From: Thermodesulfobacteriota bacterium
GTDB taxonomy: Bacteria > Desulfobacterota > Desulfarculia > JACQYL01
Length of the DNA: 64,000 nt
NCBI GenBank assembly: GCA_963675595.2
Contig: CAXXLZ010000002.1
Coordinates: forward strand, 640,001 to 704,000
Direction of reading: 5' to 3'
How positions within the stretch are numbered: the first letter of the stretch is position 1; each line of letters starts with the position of its first letter. This document shows, in pieces, positions 1-9,945 of this stretch. The notes beneath the pieces were generated by a model, which had not been told where the DNA came from, did no database searches, and saw only the letters and a list, made by a program, of their open reading frames with translations. The position numbers and the translations under genes are program-made.

Positions 1-27
1 AGAAGAGCATGCAGACGAAGATTTGCC

Positions 28-1002
28 ATGATTGCGGCCGTATTGTGTGCGGGGATGTTGACGATCGCATCCTCAATGGTAAGCGCCGCCGAGCTGAAAA
101 TCTCTCACCAGTTTTCTGAGTCCGACGCCCGCCATCATCTTGCCGTCGAATTTGCGAAAAAAGTGGAGAAAGCAACGGCCGGGGCCGTTTCGTTCAAAAT
201 TTTCCCGTCCTCCTCCCTTTTCAAGGCTGGAGCGCAGTATGAAGCCATGCTCAAAGGCGCATTGGACTTGTCCGTCTACCCTCTGGCCTACGCATCCGGC
301 AAAGTGCCGGAACTCGACATCACGCTCATGCCCTGCATCATCGCGGACGTGGACGAAGGAATGGCTTGGCGCAACAAGGAAATCGGGCGTCGTGTGGAGA
401 AAATCTGCGAAGACAAGGGGATGAAGATTCTGACATGGCTCTGGTGCGGCGGGGGCATCGGCAGCCGGGGAAAACCAGTGATTCTACCCTCGGACGTGGC
501 CCAACTCAAATTCCGCGCGGCCGGCAAGATGTTCGAGCGCATGCTCAATGCGCAAGGAGCTTCCATCACCAGTATGCCCTCCTCGGAAGTCTACATGGCG
601 CTTCAGACCCGCGTTCTTGACGCTTGTTTGACTTCCGCCGAATCGTTCATTTCCTACCGCCTCTATGAGCAATTGGACTACTTCAACTCACCCGAAAATT
701 ACGCCATCTGGTACATGTGCGAGCCGCTGGTGATCAGCATGAAGACCTGGGCCTCCCTGTCTCCGGAGCAGCGGGCGATATTCGAAACCGCCGGTCTCGA
801 GATGGAAAAGAAGGCTCGGGACGACGCCGTTGCCGCCAATCAGGAAGTGACCAAGGTCTTCACGGAAAGAGGCGTCAACGTGCATCTGATGACCAAAGAG
901 GAGTGGAACGCCTGGGCGGAAAAGGCCAAAGATTCGGCATGGAAAGCCTTCGAAGAAGCCGTTCCTTCGGGCAAGGAGCTGTTGAACCTGGCCGTGAATT
1001 AG
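28..1002 (+). CDS. dctP: TRAP transporter substrate-binding protein DctP (true start may lie upstream of the window)
   Basis: Signal-peptide-like N-terminus; motifs FPSSSL, LKFRAAG, SEVYMALQ..VLD; followed by dctQ and dctM. The frame is open back to base 1. Confidence 0.9.
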   Translation: MIAAVLCAGMLTIASSMVSAAELKISHQFSESDARHHLAVEFAKKVEKATAGAVSFKIFPSSSLFKAGAQYEAMLKGALDLSVYPLAYASGKVPELDITLMPCIIADVDEGMAWRNKEIGRRVEKICEDKGMKILTWLWCGGGIGSRGKPVILPSDVAQLKFRAAGKMFERMLNAQGASITSMPSSEVYMALQTRVLDACLTSAESFISYRLYEQLDYFNSPENYAIWYMCEPLVISMKTWASLSPEQRAIFETAGLEMEKKARDDAVAANQEVTKVFTERGVNVHLMTKEEWNAWAEKAKDSAWKAFEEAVPSGKELLNLAVN

Positions 1003-1335
1003 CGCATGCCCGCATGAATTCAGCGGAGTGGGGACGTTTGTCCTTCGCGGGCCGACCTCCCCACACCCCGGGACGTCCAAACATGAGCTCGCTCGCATCC
1101 CACGGCGTGCAGGTCCCTGTTTGGAGGATCTCCGGGGAAACCAGAGAGACGGCGTGTAAGTCGCGTGTCCGCTCCGTTGCTTCGAACAAGCGGGAAATCC
1201 CGCAAACAGGACATGCTTCTTGGCCGTTTGGTCGCGCCGCCGTGTCGGCCGGAGCTTCCAGTTCCATCTTTCCGGAATACGGTCCGACTCCGGACGTCCA
1301 AACCATGATCGAACCATGCCCGGGGAGAAGCGCCC

Positions 1336-1854
1336 ATGTCCACGCATCGAACCCCTTTTTTCCGTCTGATTGAATGTCTGTCACAAATCTCCGGATACGC
1401 GGCGGCTCTATCCATCCTCGCAGCAACCCTGATTATCGTCGAGCAGGTAGTCGTACGCTATGTTTTCAGGGCTCCCACCATTTGGCAGGTGGAAATCGCC
1501 GTCTACCTACTCATCGCCGCGACTTTTCTGGGAGCTCCCTACGGGTTGAAGGAGAATGCCCATATCAACATCGATATGATCATCATCAACATCCCGACCG
1601 ACGCACGTCGAAAACTCGACATCTTAACCTCAACCATCGCCATGCTGTTTTGTTTCTTCTTGGCCTACCGGGGCGGAGTCATGTGGTGGGAAGCCTATGA
1701 AGGCGGTTGGCGTTCCTCGTCCCTGCTTTCGGTACCGCTGATCTATCCTTACGCGCTCATCCCCGTAGGCATGTTCCTCACCGGGCTTCAATACACCGAA
1801 AAGATATGTCGCATGCTCTCTCCGGACAAAGGCAAGGCCCCCCGTTCCGGGTAG
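1336..1854 (+). CDS. dctQ: TRAP transporter small permease DctQ
   Basis: 172 aa, four hydrophobic segments, VVVRYVF..P..W..E and HINID motifs. Confidence 0.9.
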   Translation: MSTHRTPFFRLIECLSQISGYAAALSILAATLIIVEQVVVRYVFRAPTIWQVEIAVYLLIAATFLGAPYGLKENAHINIDMIIINIPTDARRKLDILTSTIAMLFCFFLAYRGGVMWWEAYEGGWRSSSLLSVPLIYPYALIPVGMFLTGLQYTEKICRMLSPDKGKAPRSG

Positions 1855-1908
1855 TGCGTCGTGCGGCGGCAACCGGTTCGCAGGTTCGAAACAGGGAGGA
1901 AATCATTC

Positions 1909-3234
1909 ATGGATCCACTCGTCGTCGGCGGTATCGTCATTCTCATTGCCACCGTGTTCCTGTTCAGCGGCATGCCCATCGCCTTTGCTTTAGGAGTGAC
2001 CTCCCTCGCGGCCATGTTGTTGTTCATGGATTCGTATCAGATCAGCGTCTTGGCGGAAACGACCTTTGAAGGAGTCAACGACTTCGGAATGCTCGCAATC
2101 CCCCTGTTTATCTTTATGGGTATGATTGCGGCCCTTACCCGTGTCGGGTCGGACCTTTACGAGTGTTTCCATCGCTGGCTGTACAAGGTGCCCGGCGGCT
2201 TGGGCATCGGCAACATCGCCGCCTGCTCCATTTTCGCGGCTCTTACGGGATCCAGTCCGGCCTGCGCCGCCGCCATAGGCACCATGGGAATTCCCGAAAT
2301 GCAAAAACGCGGTTATCCCGACGGCCTCGCCACGGGAATTATTACCGCGGGAGGCACCCTCGGTATCTTGATCCCGCCCAGCGTAACCATGATCGTCTAT
2401 GGAATGGCCACGGAAACCTCCATCGGCAAGCTCTTCATCGCGGGGATCCTCCCCGGGCTGTTGATGACCGTACTTTTCGCTTCCTGGGTTCCTTTCTCCT
2501 ATTTGCGGAATCGGAAGTCACAAACGGCCGCCGGTCTTGAAACGCCCCCCGAAAAAGCCTACGGACTCGCGGAGCGCCTCTCCATCACCATCAAAATTCT
2601 TCCACTGGTCATCGTGGTGGTGTTGGTACTCTCTTCCCTTTACACGGGCTGGGCCACGCCCAGCGAGGCCGCAGGAGTCGGGGCTTTCCTGGTGCTCGTC
2701 GTGGCCATGGTCTTCTACCGCATTTACAGAGTCCGGGATTTGAAGGCCATCCTGATGCGTACGTGCAAAGAAAGCACCATGCTCATGATGATCATCGCCA
2801 CCTCGTTTCTTTTCGGTTCGGTGTTGACGAATCTGTACGTCGCACAGACACTCGCCCAAATCATCGTGGAGCTCGACGTCAACCGATGGGTCATCATGGC
2901 GTTGATCAATGTGCTGCTCCTCATGGGGGGATGCTTTCTCCCGCCCGTGGCCATCATTCTGATCATCTGTCCTATACTGCACCCCATCATCACGGGATTG
3001 GGATTCGACCCGATCTGGTTCGGCGTCGTCATCACCTTGAACTTGGAGGCGGGTCTCATTACGCCCCCCGTGGGGCTGAACCTTTACGTGGTGCAGGGCA
3101 TCGCGCCACAAATTCCCTTGTACCGGGTACTGCGGGGCTCGATCCCTTTCGTGTTGCTCCTGTTGCTCGGAATCGTCGTCCTGTCCGTCTTTCCACAAAT
3201 CGCTACCTGGCTGCCGAACAAAATGATCGGCTGA
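1909..3234 (+). CDS. dctM: TRAP transporter large permease DctM
   Basis: GMPIAFALG, LAIPLF, GTLGILIPPS, ATPSEA and ITPPVGLNL motifs; GGAGGA RBS before ATG 1909. Confidence 0.93.
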   Translation: MDPLVVGGIVILIATVFLFSGMPIAFALGVTSLAAMLLFMDSYQISVLAETTFEGVNDFGMLAIPLFIFMGMIAALTRVGSDLYECFHRWLYKVPGGLGIGNIAACSIFAALTGSSPACAAAIGTMGIPEMQKRGYPDGLATGIITAGGTLGILIPPSVTMIVYGMATETSIGKLFIAGILPGLLMTVLFASWVPFSYLRNRKSQTAAGLETPPEKAYGLAERLSITIKILPLVIVVVLVLSSLYTGWATPSEAAGVGAFLVLVVAMVFYRIYRVRDLKAILMRTCKESTMLMMIIATSFLFGSVLTNLYVAQTLAQIIVELDVNRWVIMALINVLLLMGGCFLPPVAIILIICPILHPIITGLGFDPIWFGVVITLNLEAGLITPPVGLNLYVVQGIAPQIPLYRVLRGSIPFVLLLLLGIVVLSVFPQIATWLPNKMIG

Positions 3235-3262
3235 GACCGCTCTTTCAACGAAGGATGCATCC

Positions 3263-4795
3263 ATGAACGCAGCACAACTCCTTAACGAGTCCGCTTGTCG
3301 ACGGCCGCAAAAGCCGGCCGTTGTCTTTGAAGGCCGGCTCTGGACATACGAAGCCGTTGACCGGGAGGTGGAACGTTACGCGGGCATGCTCGATGCCCTG
3401 GGAATCCGCAAAGGCGACCGTGTGGCCCTCCAATTGCCCAAGCGCATGGAGTTCCTCTTCCTGCATTTCGCCGCCGTCTCTTTGGGAGCCGTATCCCTTC
3501 CCCTGAATTCCGACTACCGTGCCGAGGAAATCCACTATTTCCTCACCGATTCGGAAAGCTCGATCTTCATCACCGACCCGGAACGATTCGCTCGTTCCCA
3601 AGCACGCCTGAGAGAAATCGAAGGACTACGGACGTTCCTGGTGGACGGAGAAGAGCAAGGCGCCGTCGGTATGGAGAAAGCCCTGGAAGCCGCACCGGAA
3701 GGCTTTTCCAGGCCCTATGCAGCCGGAGGCCGTGAAACCGCCATGATCTGCTATACTTCCGGCACCACGGGTCGCTCCAAAGGAGCCATGATCACCCACG
3801 AGAACCTGATTTCCAACAGCCGGGCGCTGGCTCAGGCCTGGCAATGGACGGAAGACGACGTTCTGCTGCACGTCCTGCCCCTGTTTCACGTTCACGGCCT
3901 GAATGTGGCCGTCCTCGGCAGCCTCCTGGTGGGAGCCTCCATCCATATGCATGAGAAATTCAATCCTTCCCGAGCGTGGAAGGAAATCGAACGTCAACGG
4001 TGCACGCTCCTTATGGGCGTTCCCACCATTTACCAGCGGCTGGTTAACGAATGGGAAACCATGGACGCCAAGCCCGACCTCTCGGCCATGCGTGTTTTCA
4101 TTTCCGGTTCCGCTCCGCTTTCGGACAACTTGTTTCACCGTTTCGAAGAACTCACCGGTTTTCGCATCATGGAACGCTACGGCATGAGCGAAACCGGCAT
4201 GAACACCAGCAACCTCATGGATCCCGCCGGGCGCAAGGCCAAGAGCGTCGGCTTCCCGCTGCCCAGGGTTTCCATCCGGGTGGTGGGAGAAGACGGCTCG
4301 GACGCGGCTCCCGGAGCCGTGGGGGAGGTGTGGATCAAAGGGCCCAACGTGTTTTCGGGCTATTGGCGGATGCCGGAGAAGACGCGCGAGTCTTTCTCCG
4401 GTGAATACTTCAAGTCCGGGGACCTGGGCTACCTGGATCCTGCGGACGACGACCGGCTCTACCTGGTGGGCCGCTGCAAGGAACTCATCATTACCGGAGG
4501 GTACAACGTCTATCCGAAAGAAATCGAAAACGTGTTGGAAAGCCACGAAGCTGTTCGGGAATCCGCCGTGGTGGGACTCCCGGACGAAGACTTCGGAGAA
4601 CGGGTCACCGCGGTGGTGGTCCTCAAAGAAGGAATGACGGTAACCGAAGAAGAGCTCACGGCTTTGTGCAAGAGCCGCCTGGCGGGCTACAAGTGCCCCA
4701 AGCGAGTTTGTTTCGTGGAGGCTCTGCCCCGCAACGCCATGGGCAAGATTCAGAAAAACGTGATCACCAAAGAGCTGATAGACCGCCGTCCTTGA
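3263..4795 (+). CDS. matB: AMP-dependent acyl-CoA synthetase, malonyl-CoA synthetase (MatB)-like
   Basis: YTSGTTGRSKGA AMP-binding motif, LPLFHVHGL, ERYGMSET (MatB/ACSF3-type motif), LPRNAMGKIQK. Confidence 0.75.
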   Translation: MNAAQLLNESACRRPQKPAVVFEGRLWTYEAVDREVERYAGMLDALGIRKGDRVALQLPKRMEFLFLHFAAVSLGAVSLPLNSDYRAEEIHYFLTDSESSIFITDPERFARSQARLREIEGLRTFLVDGEEQGAVGMEKALEAAPEGFSRPYAAGGRETAMICYTSGTTGRSKGAMITHENLISNSRALAQAWQWTEDDVLLHVLPLFHVHGLNVAVLGSLLVGASIHMHEKFNPSRAWKEIERQRCTLLMGVPTIYQRLVNEWETMDAKPDLSAMRVFISGSAPLSDNLFHRFEELTGFRIMERYGMSETGMNTSNLMDPAGRKAKSVGFPLPRVSIRVVGEDGSDAAPGAVGEVWIKGPNVFSGYWRMPEKTRESFSGEYFKSGDLGYLDPADDDRLYLVGRCKELIITGGYNVYPKEIENVLESHEAVRESAVVGLPDEDFGERVTAVVVLKEGMTVTEEELTALCKSRLAGYKCPKRVCFVEALPRNAMGKIQKNVITKELIDRRP

Positions 4796-5012
4796 ACTCT
4801 CCGGTTTGTTTGAAACGCTCCCGCAAGCCGCGAGGGATTCCCCTGGAACCGCCCATGAACTCTCAAGCACGGGGTCGCCCTATGTTGCGGCCCTCGTTGC
4901 GTCGCCTATTCCGGGAGCACGGCGGAGGTCACAGGAAGGAACAAGGTTTCAACTAATATCCGTTGCTGCGCCCCCGGGCGCAACGAGAATCCGCAAAGAG
5001 GCGCCGGACCAT

Positions 5013-5459
5013 TTACTCATGCTCATTGTGGGCTGTTTGGTTTTCCACCTCAGCACGCAGAAACCCTTCCAGCTTTTCCAGCAGCGCCTCCGGTTTTCGG
5101 GTTTCGCATTCCCAGACCACGAGTACCTTCCAACCCTGCTCCTCCAGTTCGCGCCGGTTCCGATGGTCCCGCTCCATGTTGCCGTCGAGCTTCTTGTTCC
5201 AGAATTCCCGTCGTGTGGACGGACGACCGGAGCGAGGGCATCCTTCGTGCCCGTGCCAGAAACACCCGTGCACAAAGATCACCTTGCGGTGACGAGGCAA
5301 CACGATATCCGGGTTGCCGGGCAAGTCCCGCCGATGAATACGAAATCGAAACCCCAGGCGGTGAATGACCGATCGAACGAGAATTTCGGGTTTGGTGTCG
5401 CGTCCCTTGACGCGCCCCATGATCCAGCTTCGCTTGTCCTTGGAGAAGACGTCGGTCAT
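5013..5459 (-). CDS. vsr: very short patch repair endonuclease
   Basis: MTD..S..RS.IM..V...DTKPE, LPGNPDIV, FVHGCFWHGH, GWKVLVVWEC; adjacent to a C5 MTase. Confidence 0.95.
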   Translation of the reverse strand: MTDVFSKDKRSWIMGRVKGRDTKPEILVRSVIHRLGFRFRIHRRDLPGNPDIVLPRHRKVIFVHGCFWHGHEGCPRSGRPSTRREFWNKKLDGNMERDHRNRRELEEQGWKVLVVWECETRKPEALLEKLEGFLRAEVENQTAHNEHE

Positions 5460-5460
5460 C

Positions 5461-6663
5461 TCAATGGTCGTTCGTCGTCAGCAATTCATACACCACGTCG
5501 GCGATGCGGGCGGCCAACAACGGGGGCACGGCGTTACCGATTTGTTTGGCGATTTCCACTTTGGTCCCTTTGAAGGTGAAATCGTCGGGGAATGATTGAA
5601 GCCGCGCCGCTTCCCGGTGCGTGATGGGGCGATGCTGTTCGGGGTGAAGATATCGACCCTTTTCCGGTTTGAAGAATTCCGTTCGAATGGTGAACGCGGG
5701 ACGATCCCACCACAACCGACCGAAGAGGTCCGTCCCGCCGGACTTTTTTCGAATCCAACAGCCCGGAGTGATTTCCGGGGCTCTCCTCTGAAGGTCGAAG
5801 CGATTCATTCCCTCCTCGGGAATCGCCTGATATCGCATCAGGCTGACGGCCGTGGGATTGCGGCCGAAATGCAGGTCCAAGGGTGCGGACCCGTGTCTGA
5901 TTTCCGTTCCCGCGGGCGGCGGCAGGTCCTGTACGGCGTGGCGGACCGTGCGCCAACGGACCGCGCCGGGGAGATATCCGCCCGTCTCCGAGGCGAACGG
6001 CTCGCCCCCATCGGAAGGATCGTAATGCGATCTGAGCGGCGGGAACACCGTCTCCGGATCGCGGAACCTGCAACCGATAAGAATCGCTCGTCGGCGCGTT
6101 TGCGGAACCCCGTAGTCCGCCGCGCACAGGACCTCTCCGCAAATCCGAAACCCCATGGCTCGGGCGGCCCGTAGAATTTCGTCGTGTTCCCGTGTGCCCA
6201 GCAGCTGAGGCACGTTCTCCATGACGAAAACGCTCGCCCCCGATCTTTCCACAATGTCCAGAAACGGGCGCCAAAGCTGTTTACGCGGATCCCCTTCCTT
6301 CTTCTTGTTCAAGAGGCTGAAGCCCTGACACGGCGGCCCCCCGACCACCACCTCGGCCTTCGGAATCACAAGCCCCGGATCATTCAACAAATCCACGACA
6401 TCGCCGCAGACACAATGATCACCGAAGTTCGCTTTGTAGGTTTCCACACAATACGCGTTGGAATCGTTGGCCCAAACCGGATCGAAGGGCCGGCCGAAGC
6501 GATGGGAGAATCCCAAGGACATCCCCCCCGCCCCGCAAAAGGCGTCAATGAGCCGGAAGCGCTCCGTCTTGCTTTCGTTCGATGGAGTGCGTTGCTCCTC
6601 CACCATGGGATTATCCGGATTTTCGGCCTTACCGCTTTGTGATGACATATCGTTGTTGTTCAT
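5461..6663 (-). CDS. DNA (cytosine-5)-methyltransferase
   Basis: Motif I F.GAGG, catalytic GGPPCQGFS, ENV, Q.R.R, REAARLQSFPD, QIGNAVPP. Confidence 0.95.
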   Translation of the reverse strand: MNNNDMSSQSGKAENPDNPMVEEQRTPSNESKTERFRLIDAFCGAGGMSLGFSHRFGRPFDPVWANDSNAYCVETYKANFGDHCVCGDVVDLLNDPGLVIPKAEVVVGGPPCQGFSLLNKKKEGDPRKQLWRPFLDIVERSGASVFVMENVPQLLGTREHDEILRAARAMGFRICGEVLCAADYGVPQTRRRAILIGCRFRDPETVFPPLRSHYDPSDGGEPFASETGGYLPGAVRWRTVRHAVQDLPPPAGTEIRHGSAPLDLHFGRNPTAVSLMRYQAIPEEGMNRFDLQRRAPEITPGCWIRKKSGGTDLFGRLWWDRPAFTIRTEFFKPEKGRYLHPEQHRPITHREAARLQSFPDDFTFKGTKVEIAKQIGNAVPPLLAARIADVVYELLTTNDH

Positions 6664-6762
6664 CGGAGATCAATAAAGAGGGAATCCTCCGCCATGCCCC
6701 TTTCGTGGATCAATAGGCGCTCGGCCTCGTGAACCGACGCACCCCCGGATACGCTTCCTACA

Positions 6763-8055
6763 CTACTCGTTCTTTGCATGCCAGCGAGTCATGTGATCCG
6801 CGTGGGTTCTCAGGTAGGAACCCGGCTCGTAGAACCGATCGTAGAAGTCCAAGTCCAGGTGGTGAGCCTGAAGATAGGTGATTACGTAGATCGAAGGAAC
6901 CGTTGCGGGGAACTTGCCGAAAGTGTCCAGAACGTATTGCGCCTGGAGGGCCACGCATTCTTTGAACTCTTCGCTGTGAATCTGCGCCGCGGACCGAACC
7001 TTGGCCGACTCTTTCCAGGGACCCGGCGTGTCAGGGTGAAAGGGTCCGCCCGGTCCGAACTTTCGTCGGCAGACCGCTTCCACCGCCGCGTGCATGTCGG
7101 GGTAGCGGGGAGGACAGAAGCCCTCCATGACGCCTTCCAGGCCGGTGACATTCGGGTAAGGCTTGCCGGGTTGGGTATCGAACCGGAACCCTAGTCCGGG
7201 CACTTGAGGATCGCCCGACGCACCGAGCACGCCCAAGGGGTCCATACCGTTGAACATCCAACCTCCGAGTCCCATGGCCTGCAGCATCAGCGCACCGGCG
7301 TAACACGACGTGGACAGCTCCGAGGTCATCTCTCCCAGGGAAACTTGTTCCACAAAGGTCAGGGGCCAATAGTTGTCTTCGTCCGCCAAATGCTTGTAGC
7401 GCTCAATGCCCGGAATCGGTCCATCGTGAATATCGTCCCACAGAAGAATCCCGTTTTGAAGCATGTAGAACAGATTCAGGAGCACATGCTGCGCCAGGTC
7501 GCCCACGGGAATCACCAGTAAGGTGCCCGGATGGTTGACCACCCAGGTGTTGTGCGCCTCGACGTAAGGCGGTTTCATGGGTACTCCGAGCCTGCCGTCC
7601 TGGAGCTTGCGTATCCGGCTTTTCAATTGGGACAGGATTTCCTCGATCTCCATGGAACCGTCCGGGTTCCGATCGGCAAAGGAAGGGGCGTCGCGGGCGT
7701 CCAGAACATAGACTCCGTCGTCGTCGGTGAAGAAAGTCCGGCTCGTATGAAAACCCGCGGCGGAGGGGAAGGTACGGCCTCCGGCGGCGGCCGCGTAATT
7801 GGACAAATAGGGGGCGTACCGGGCGCCGCGATAAATCAGGTAATGCCAGTTGGTGTTGGTCCCGCAAGCCCCCACCACCAACAGCTTCTCCAGGTCGGTC
7901 AACGGCAGCACTTCCCGTTTGGACTTGTAGGCGAACACGCCGTCCTTGATTTCAGCACCCTGAAAAACCCGGCGTGAGCGACGTCCCAGAAGGGCTTCCA
8001 CCAATCCGAATCCAAGCATGTCCTGAAACCCGGGGGGAAGGGAAAATTTCTTCAT
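6763..8055 (-). CDS. conserved hypothetical protein, probable nitroreductase-like (FMN-binding) fold
   Basis: 430 aa ORF with GGAGG RBS; RRSRR, FPSAAG and L.LQAMGLGGW motifs resemble nitroreductase/SagB-type proteins. Confidence 0.55.
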   Translation of the reverse strand: MKKFSLPPGFQDMLGFGLVEALLGRRSRRVFQGAEIKDGVFAYKSKREVLPLTDLEKLLVVGACGTNTNWHYLIYRGARYAPYLSNYAAAAGGRTFPSAAGFHTSRTFFTDDDGVYVLDARDAPSFADRNPDGSMEIEEILSQLKSRIRKLQDGRLGVPMKPPYVEAHNTWVVNHPGTLLVIPVGDLAQHVLLNLFYMLQNGILLWDDIHDGPIPGIERYKHLADEDNYWPLTFVEQVSLGEMTSELSTSCYAGALMLQAMGLGGWMFNGMDPLGVLGASGDPQVPGLGFRFDTQPGKPYPNVTGLEGVMEGFCPPRYPDMHAAVEAVCRRKFGPGGPFHPDTPGPWKESAKVRSAAQIHSEEFKECVALQAQYVLDTFGKFPATVPSIYVITYLQAHHLDLDFYDRFYEPGSYLRTHADHMTRWHAKNE

Positions 8056-8367
8056 AACAAGCCTCCCTCTCGCACTGGTCGGTTATGGGTCAACGCGGCC
8101 TCACACCCGCTGCTCGGCTCTTCTCCGGAGGTCGCCCCTCTCGCAAGCGACGCCGTTCCTTTTCCGTATCTACGAAAACATCCACAGGCACCGGCGGATC
8201 GCCCGTATTCCAATGGGCCGACCTGCGCTCGAAAGGCGGGGTCGCATGATTTCACTATTCCGAGGAATGGTCGGGCGCCTTCTTTCCCCATTCGGGAAAA
8301 AGGTAGTTTTGCGGTCCAGCTTAGTATACGACGCGGAGATGCACGAAACCAAGGGAACTTGTCTCAT

Positions 8368-8522
8368 CAGGCTGTTGAAAAGCGCGATCCGCGACGTTGC
8401 GCTTCATCCCTCGTCACTGCGACGCACTCTATTATGTCCGTCTCGTTCCTCGGGATTTGCGCGCCTTGCATCTCATCGTTTTTCAGCAGCCTGCCGCAAC
8501 CGGCTTTTTTCAACGGGTTGCC
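8368..8522 (+). repeat. dispersed palindromic intergenic repeat (REP/MITE-like), copy 1
   Basis: Ends CAGGCTGTTGAAAA / TTTTCAGCAGCCTG; core CGCGATCCGCGACGTTGCGCTTCATCCCTCGTCACTGCGACG shared with 39972-40097 and, inverted, 35130-35222. Confidence 0.8.
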
Positions 8523-8760
8523 GGGGACGAATGTGCGGCATCGGGATTGGATCACACGCTCGGCGGCTTCGTGTGGCAGCTTCGAAGGAACATGGGGAAA
8601 GAAACGGATATGGGAATCACCGGGAGATGAATGCCGGAAGAGACGTCCTCATCTTTCTTTGACTACAGACGTGCAAGCTACCGAGGAGATTCCCGCAAAC
8701 GACCCACGGAATCCGGTTTTGCTCTTCATTGAAAGGCCGATACCCCTTCGCGGTTTCAAA

Positions 8761-9891
8761 TCAGACCACGGCTTCGCCGCGAGTGACTTCGGCTTCCTGG
8801 AACGTAAGCACTTCCGACATCAAACGAGAAGCCGCCCCCAGAATGCCCATGGCCAAAACCGCTCCGGTGCCCTCTCCCAGGCGCATGCCCAAATCCAGGA
8901 TGGGCGAAAGCCCCAAATGCTCGAGCATGATTCGATGAGCCGGTTCCTGTGAGCAGTGACCCGCAAAGAGGTAATCGGTTACCGAAGGGCACAGGGCCTG
9001 AGCAACCAGCGCACCGGCCGTGGAAATCAACCCGTCGATGATCACGGGTCTTCGGCGGTGAGCACCTGCCAGGACCAATCCCGCAATGCCGCCGATTTCC
9101 AATCCGCCCACTTTGCTCAACACGTCCCAACCGTCCTTGGGGTCCGGCTTGTTGCATTCCAGAATCCGATGGAGAACCTCGGCCTTACGATCCAGCCCTT
9201 CCCGGTCCAGCCCCGTGCCCCGGCCCACCAACCCATCCGGAGAACGACCCGTAAGGGCCATCGCCACGGCGGTGGAAGAAGTGGTATTGGCGATCCCCAT
9301 ATCTCCCGTGGCAATCACGTCCGCCCCTCCGTCAATGATTCGCGCACCCACAAGGCAGCCCACCGCGACGGATCGCCGGGCCTGGGACAAGGTCATCGCC
9401 GGGCCGTTGCTCATGTCCGCCGTTCCCCGCGCCACTTTGAGGGCCAGAAATCCGCCCTGTTCGGTGGGCCGGGAGTCTCCGAGGTCCGGAATGATTCCCG
9501 CATCCACCACCCATACCCGTGCGCCCGCCTCTCTGGCCAAAGCGTTGACACTCGCCCCTCCGGCCAGGAAGTTGCGCACCATCTCACCGGTGACCTCCTG
9601 TGGAAAGGCGCTCACCCCTTGGGCGGCCACGCCGTGGTCCCCGGCCATGACCACTACGGCCCGATTTTCGGTCCGGGGAGTCAGCGTCTCGCGAACGGCG
9701 CAGAGTTGTTCCGAAAACTCGTGAAGCCGTCCCAATGCCCGAGGCGGAATCGCCAGCGCCGTGGTGCGACTTTTCGCAGCCTCCAACCATAATTTGTTTG
9801 TGGGTCGAATTTCATCGAGGGTCTTGGACAGAAGATTCCGGATATCCTCATCCGTCATCCGCGTTATTTCATCGTAGTACACGTCAAACAT
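8761..9891 (-). CDS. cobT: nicotinate-nucleotide--dimethylbenzimidazole phosphoribosyltransferase
   Basis: AGDHGV...GVSAFPQEVT, GDMGIANTT, GRGTG, VGGLEI, LGMRLGEGTGA motifs; start uncertain (9891 or 9927). Confidence 0.95.
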   Translation of the reverse strand: MFDVYYDEITRMTDEDIRNLLSKTLDEIRPTNKLWLEAAKSRTTALAIPPRALGRLHEFSEQLCAVRETLTPRTENRAVVVMAGDHGVAAQGVSAFPQEVTGEMVRNFLAGGASVNALAREAGARVWVVDAGIIPDLGDSRPTEQGGFLALKVARGTADMSNGPAMTLSQARRSVAVGCLVGARIIDGGADVIATGDMGIANTTSSTAVAMALTGRSPDGLVGRGTGLDREGLDRKAEVLHRILECNKPDPKDGWDVLSKVGGLEIGGIAGLVLAGAHRRRPVIIDGLISTAGALVAQALCPSVTDYLFAGHCSQEPAHRIMLEHLGLSPILDLGMRLGEGTGAVLAMGILGAASRLMSEVLTFQEAEVTRGEAVV

Positions 9892-9945
9892 CCTGGTTTC
9901 CTCTTCAGGGCTCCTAATCATCCACATTTGTTCGCGAGTCGACGG

